Shown piece after piece: positions 33,450-36,041 of a DNA stretch of 36,041 nt (position 1 is its first letter; the number at the start of each line of letters is the position of its first letter). The translations under genes and the position numbers were made by a program. The DNA lies in contig JASJQH010006935.1 in assembly GCA_040143965.1 (NCBI GenBank), forward strand, positions 1 through 36,041, in the 5' to 3' direction. The notes under the pieces are model-generated. The model had not been told where the DNA came from, made no database searches, and was given only the letters and a program-made list of their open reading frames with translations. The DNA comes from Basidiobolus ranarum. Taxonomy: Eukaryota.

Positions 33450-35613
33450 ATGTGTAAGTGAAATTCTTCCTTCTATTTCGCTACTTTTTCTCAAAAGTCT
33501 TTCTTTTCTAGCCGGATTCAACTTTGGTAATAGTAATACGAATAAGCCCGCGTCCGGATTTTCGTTTGGTTCCAGTAACACTGGTAAGTAAATTGTATTC
33601 GCCGATTCTTAAGATAGATAGAGTCAAAAATACGAGAGTCGAGGTTTTCCCTGATACATACGAATTTTGACGTTGATGCCCATTTATCTGAATTGATTTA
33701 TTTCAAATCTACTCCATCCGATTCAAGTGATTAATATTTACGTGTCTTCATTTAGGATCTAACACACAACCAACAAGTTTTTCTTTTGGTGGATCTAGCA
33801 CTCCTACCAACACTCAAACCGCTAGCACTCCAACCACTGGATTTGGTGGTTTTGGTAATGCTAATACTACCACGGCAGCAAAGCCTGCTACTGGTGGTTT
33901 CAGTTTTGGTTCCACTGCTAGTAGCACTACACAACCAGCTGCAACCACTACGACTGGTTTTGGAAGCTCAACATCTGCCTTAAAGCCTGCTACAGGTGGA
34001 TTTAGTTTTGGCGCTTCTACCGCTACTCCCGCTGCTCCTGCGGCCACAGGTGGATTTAGCTTTGGTTCTTCTACTTCTACTCCTGCCGCTCCTGCTACTA
34101 CAGGTGGCTTTGGCTTTGGTTCTTCTACTTCAACTCCTGCTGCTCCTGCTACCACAGGTGGCTTTGGCTCTTCAACCCCGGCCGCCACCACAGCATCTGC
34201 TGCTCCCGCAACCACTGGTGGATTTAGCTTTGGTTCTTCAACTCCAGCCACCACCACAACATCTGCTGCTCCCGCTACCACAGGTGGTTTCGGCTTTGGA
34301 TCCTCTGCTGCAACTCCAGCTACCACCGCACCTTCTACAGGAGCTGCCGGAGGTTTTAGTTTTGGCTCTAGTGCCAATACCAGCAGTGCTTCCACCGCCA
34401 CCACTAAACCAGCCAGTGGCTTCGCATTCAATACATCTACTCCATCCCCAGCAACCCCCGCTGCCGCTGCGCCAAGTGGCGGACTCTTCGGTAGTACTAC
34501 CCCTACAGCAACCCCTTCCAAGCCCGATCTTGCTGGTGCTTCTAAGCCAGCTGCTCCCTCTACCACACCCGCTACTTCTGGAGGTTTTTCCTTTGGAGCT
34601 AAGCCTGCTGCATCCACTGCTGCAAGCACCACTACTTCAGTTCCCGCTCCTTCTACCGGTCTTTCATTAGGTACTCAGCCCACCACAAGCACAGCTACAT
34701 CTGGATTCTCTTTCGGAGCCAAATCTACAGAGAGCAGTGCTCCTGCTACCACTTCAGCTCCATCTACTGGATTCTCTTTAGGTGCTAAACCAGCTACTAG
34801 TACTGCCTCCACTACAACAGTTAATCCTACCATCGCTGCTCCCCTGACCAGCTCTAATCCTACTGTTACTTCAAAGCCTGCCGATAGCACTCTCCTCACC
34901 TCCACAACTCCAACTACACCAACCACATCCACCTTTAAAAATAAGACCATGGACGAAATTTTAAATAAGTGGAGCTCAGAGCTTACCCAATACACCAAGA
35001 AGTTCCATGAACAAGCAGTTGATGTAGCAGAATGGGATCGCGTTCTTGTCGAGAATGGAGAGAAAATCTCGAAACTTTATACTGAAACAGTAGCAGCAGA
35101 GGCAACTCAAGCCAATATAGATCAAAATCTGGAATATATCGATTCACAACAACAAGAGCTCTCTAGCATTCTAGATTCTTACGAAACCCAAGTGCGTGAA
35201 TTACTGGATGGAGGATTAGCTCGTGGTGAAGGGGTACAACCAGCAGACGAAGAGCGTGAAAAAGCATATAATTTAGCTGAAGGTTTGAACAAGCAATTGG
35301 ATGATATGTCTAAGAATTTGGCTACAATGATCGATGAAATCAATCAATCAGCCGTACTTTCTGGTACTAAAGAAGCACAAGACGAAGAAGACCCGGTAAG
35401 TAGAATCATCCTATGTAAAAGTTACACGACATTTCAACTGACAAACCAACCATTTTCTTTTGTTTTCACCTGTAGATTGCTCAAATAGTTCAAATTTTGA
35501 ATGCCCATTTGACTTCCCTTGAATGGATCGATCAAAATTCCTCCTCTTTGAACGCTCAACTTAAAGATGTTTCTAACACACAATCCAGTTTAATGCAATC
35601 TAGAAATATGTAA
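33450..35613 (+). CDS. NSP1: FG-nucleoporin Nsp1/Nup62 (exons 33450-33453, 33512-33583, 33756-35395, 35476-35613; ~617 aa)
   Basis: Spliced start MSGFNFG, many GFSFG repeats and the Nsp1_C coiled coil (KNKTMDEILNKW..WDRVLVENGEKI..ADEEREKAYNLAE..ILNAHLTSLEWID). Confidence 0.95.
33885..34365 (+). repeat. Coding tandem repeat of ~50-65 nt units encoding TGGFSFGSSTxTPAAPAT
   Basis: About eight recognisable units of AC(A/T)GGTGGNTTYAGYTTTGGT-like sequence followed by GCTCCTGCTAC-like sequence. Confidence 0.85.
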
Positions 35614-36041
35614 GATTTTCTCCCGTTCCATTCACTTTGCACACTTTCCATTATATTCTTGATTCCTCTTTTTTCACTTTACCCTCTAACTTCTCTACCT
35701 CCCATCTCACCCGTACGTTACTTGAATATATAAAGAGAAATAAATTATGTCTGTAACTTTCAAATATAGCTTTATATCATTTGACTGGATAAAATAATCT
35801 CAACATCTTGGTATAAATTCTCGAAAACGAGGAAACTTTTCTGGATTCTAAGGAGGGGGGAGGGGGATTTTGGAAATCTATCAAAGTAAAAGGTATCATT
35901 CCCAGGAAGAGGGGATCTAAAATGGGTTCTATTCTAATCCAGAAGTTCCTGCGCTGGATCAGTCACAGATAGCTGATTAAATTTCTGGGTCCATAGAGCA
36001 TTTTCAATTTCCAAAGTGCGTACTTTACGAACATCGAAACC

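Noticed and set aside
33814-34998. Long antisense and off-frame ORFs over Nsp1
   Set aside because: Shadows of the Thr/Ala/Pro/Ser-rich FG repeats.
35818-35950. TTC/GAA-rich stretch as heat-shock elements
   Set aside because: No run of three correctly phased nGAAn units, and the downstream gene is outside the window.

Overview
Eukaryotic, AT-rich, intron-dense genomic DNA with mostly 55-90 nt GT-AG introns. Gene content and protein style point to an early-diverging fungus (Zoopagomycota/Mucoromycota-like; this is inference only). The window has two zones. (1) ~1-10.3 kb is accessory. It holds a decayed, almost CpG-free Ty1/copia relic, then a tandem array of secreted MBL-fold metallo-hydrolase genes (two intact copies and an internally deleted pseudogene between them). 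Both intact copies carry the same duplicated CGG-led promoter element. An intronless HSL-family (GTSAG) esterase and an intronless orphan gene follow. (2) ~10.7-35.6 kb is a compact housekeeping block: long-form Vps51, a Pho80/Pcl cyclin, VDAC porin, peroxisomal oxalate-CoA ligase (PCS60-like), SERRATE/Ars2, a Cdc15/Cdc7/SepH kinase, AP-2 beta-adaptin and Nsp1/Nup62. The best candidate for an undescribed system is the MBL-fold hydrolase array with its conserved cis-element, possibly a xenobiotic- or signal-degrading module. Exon coordinates were derived by hand and have no transcript support.
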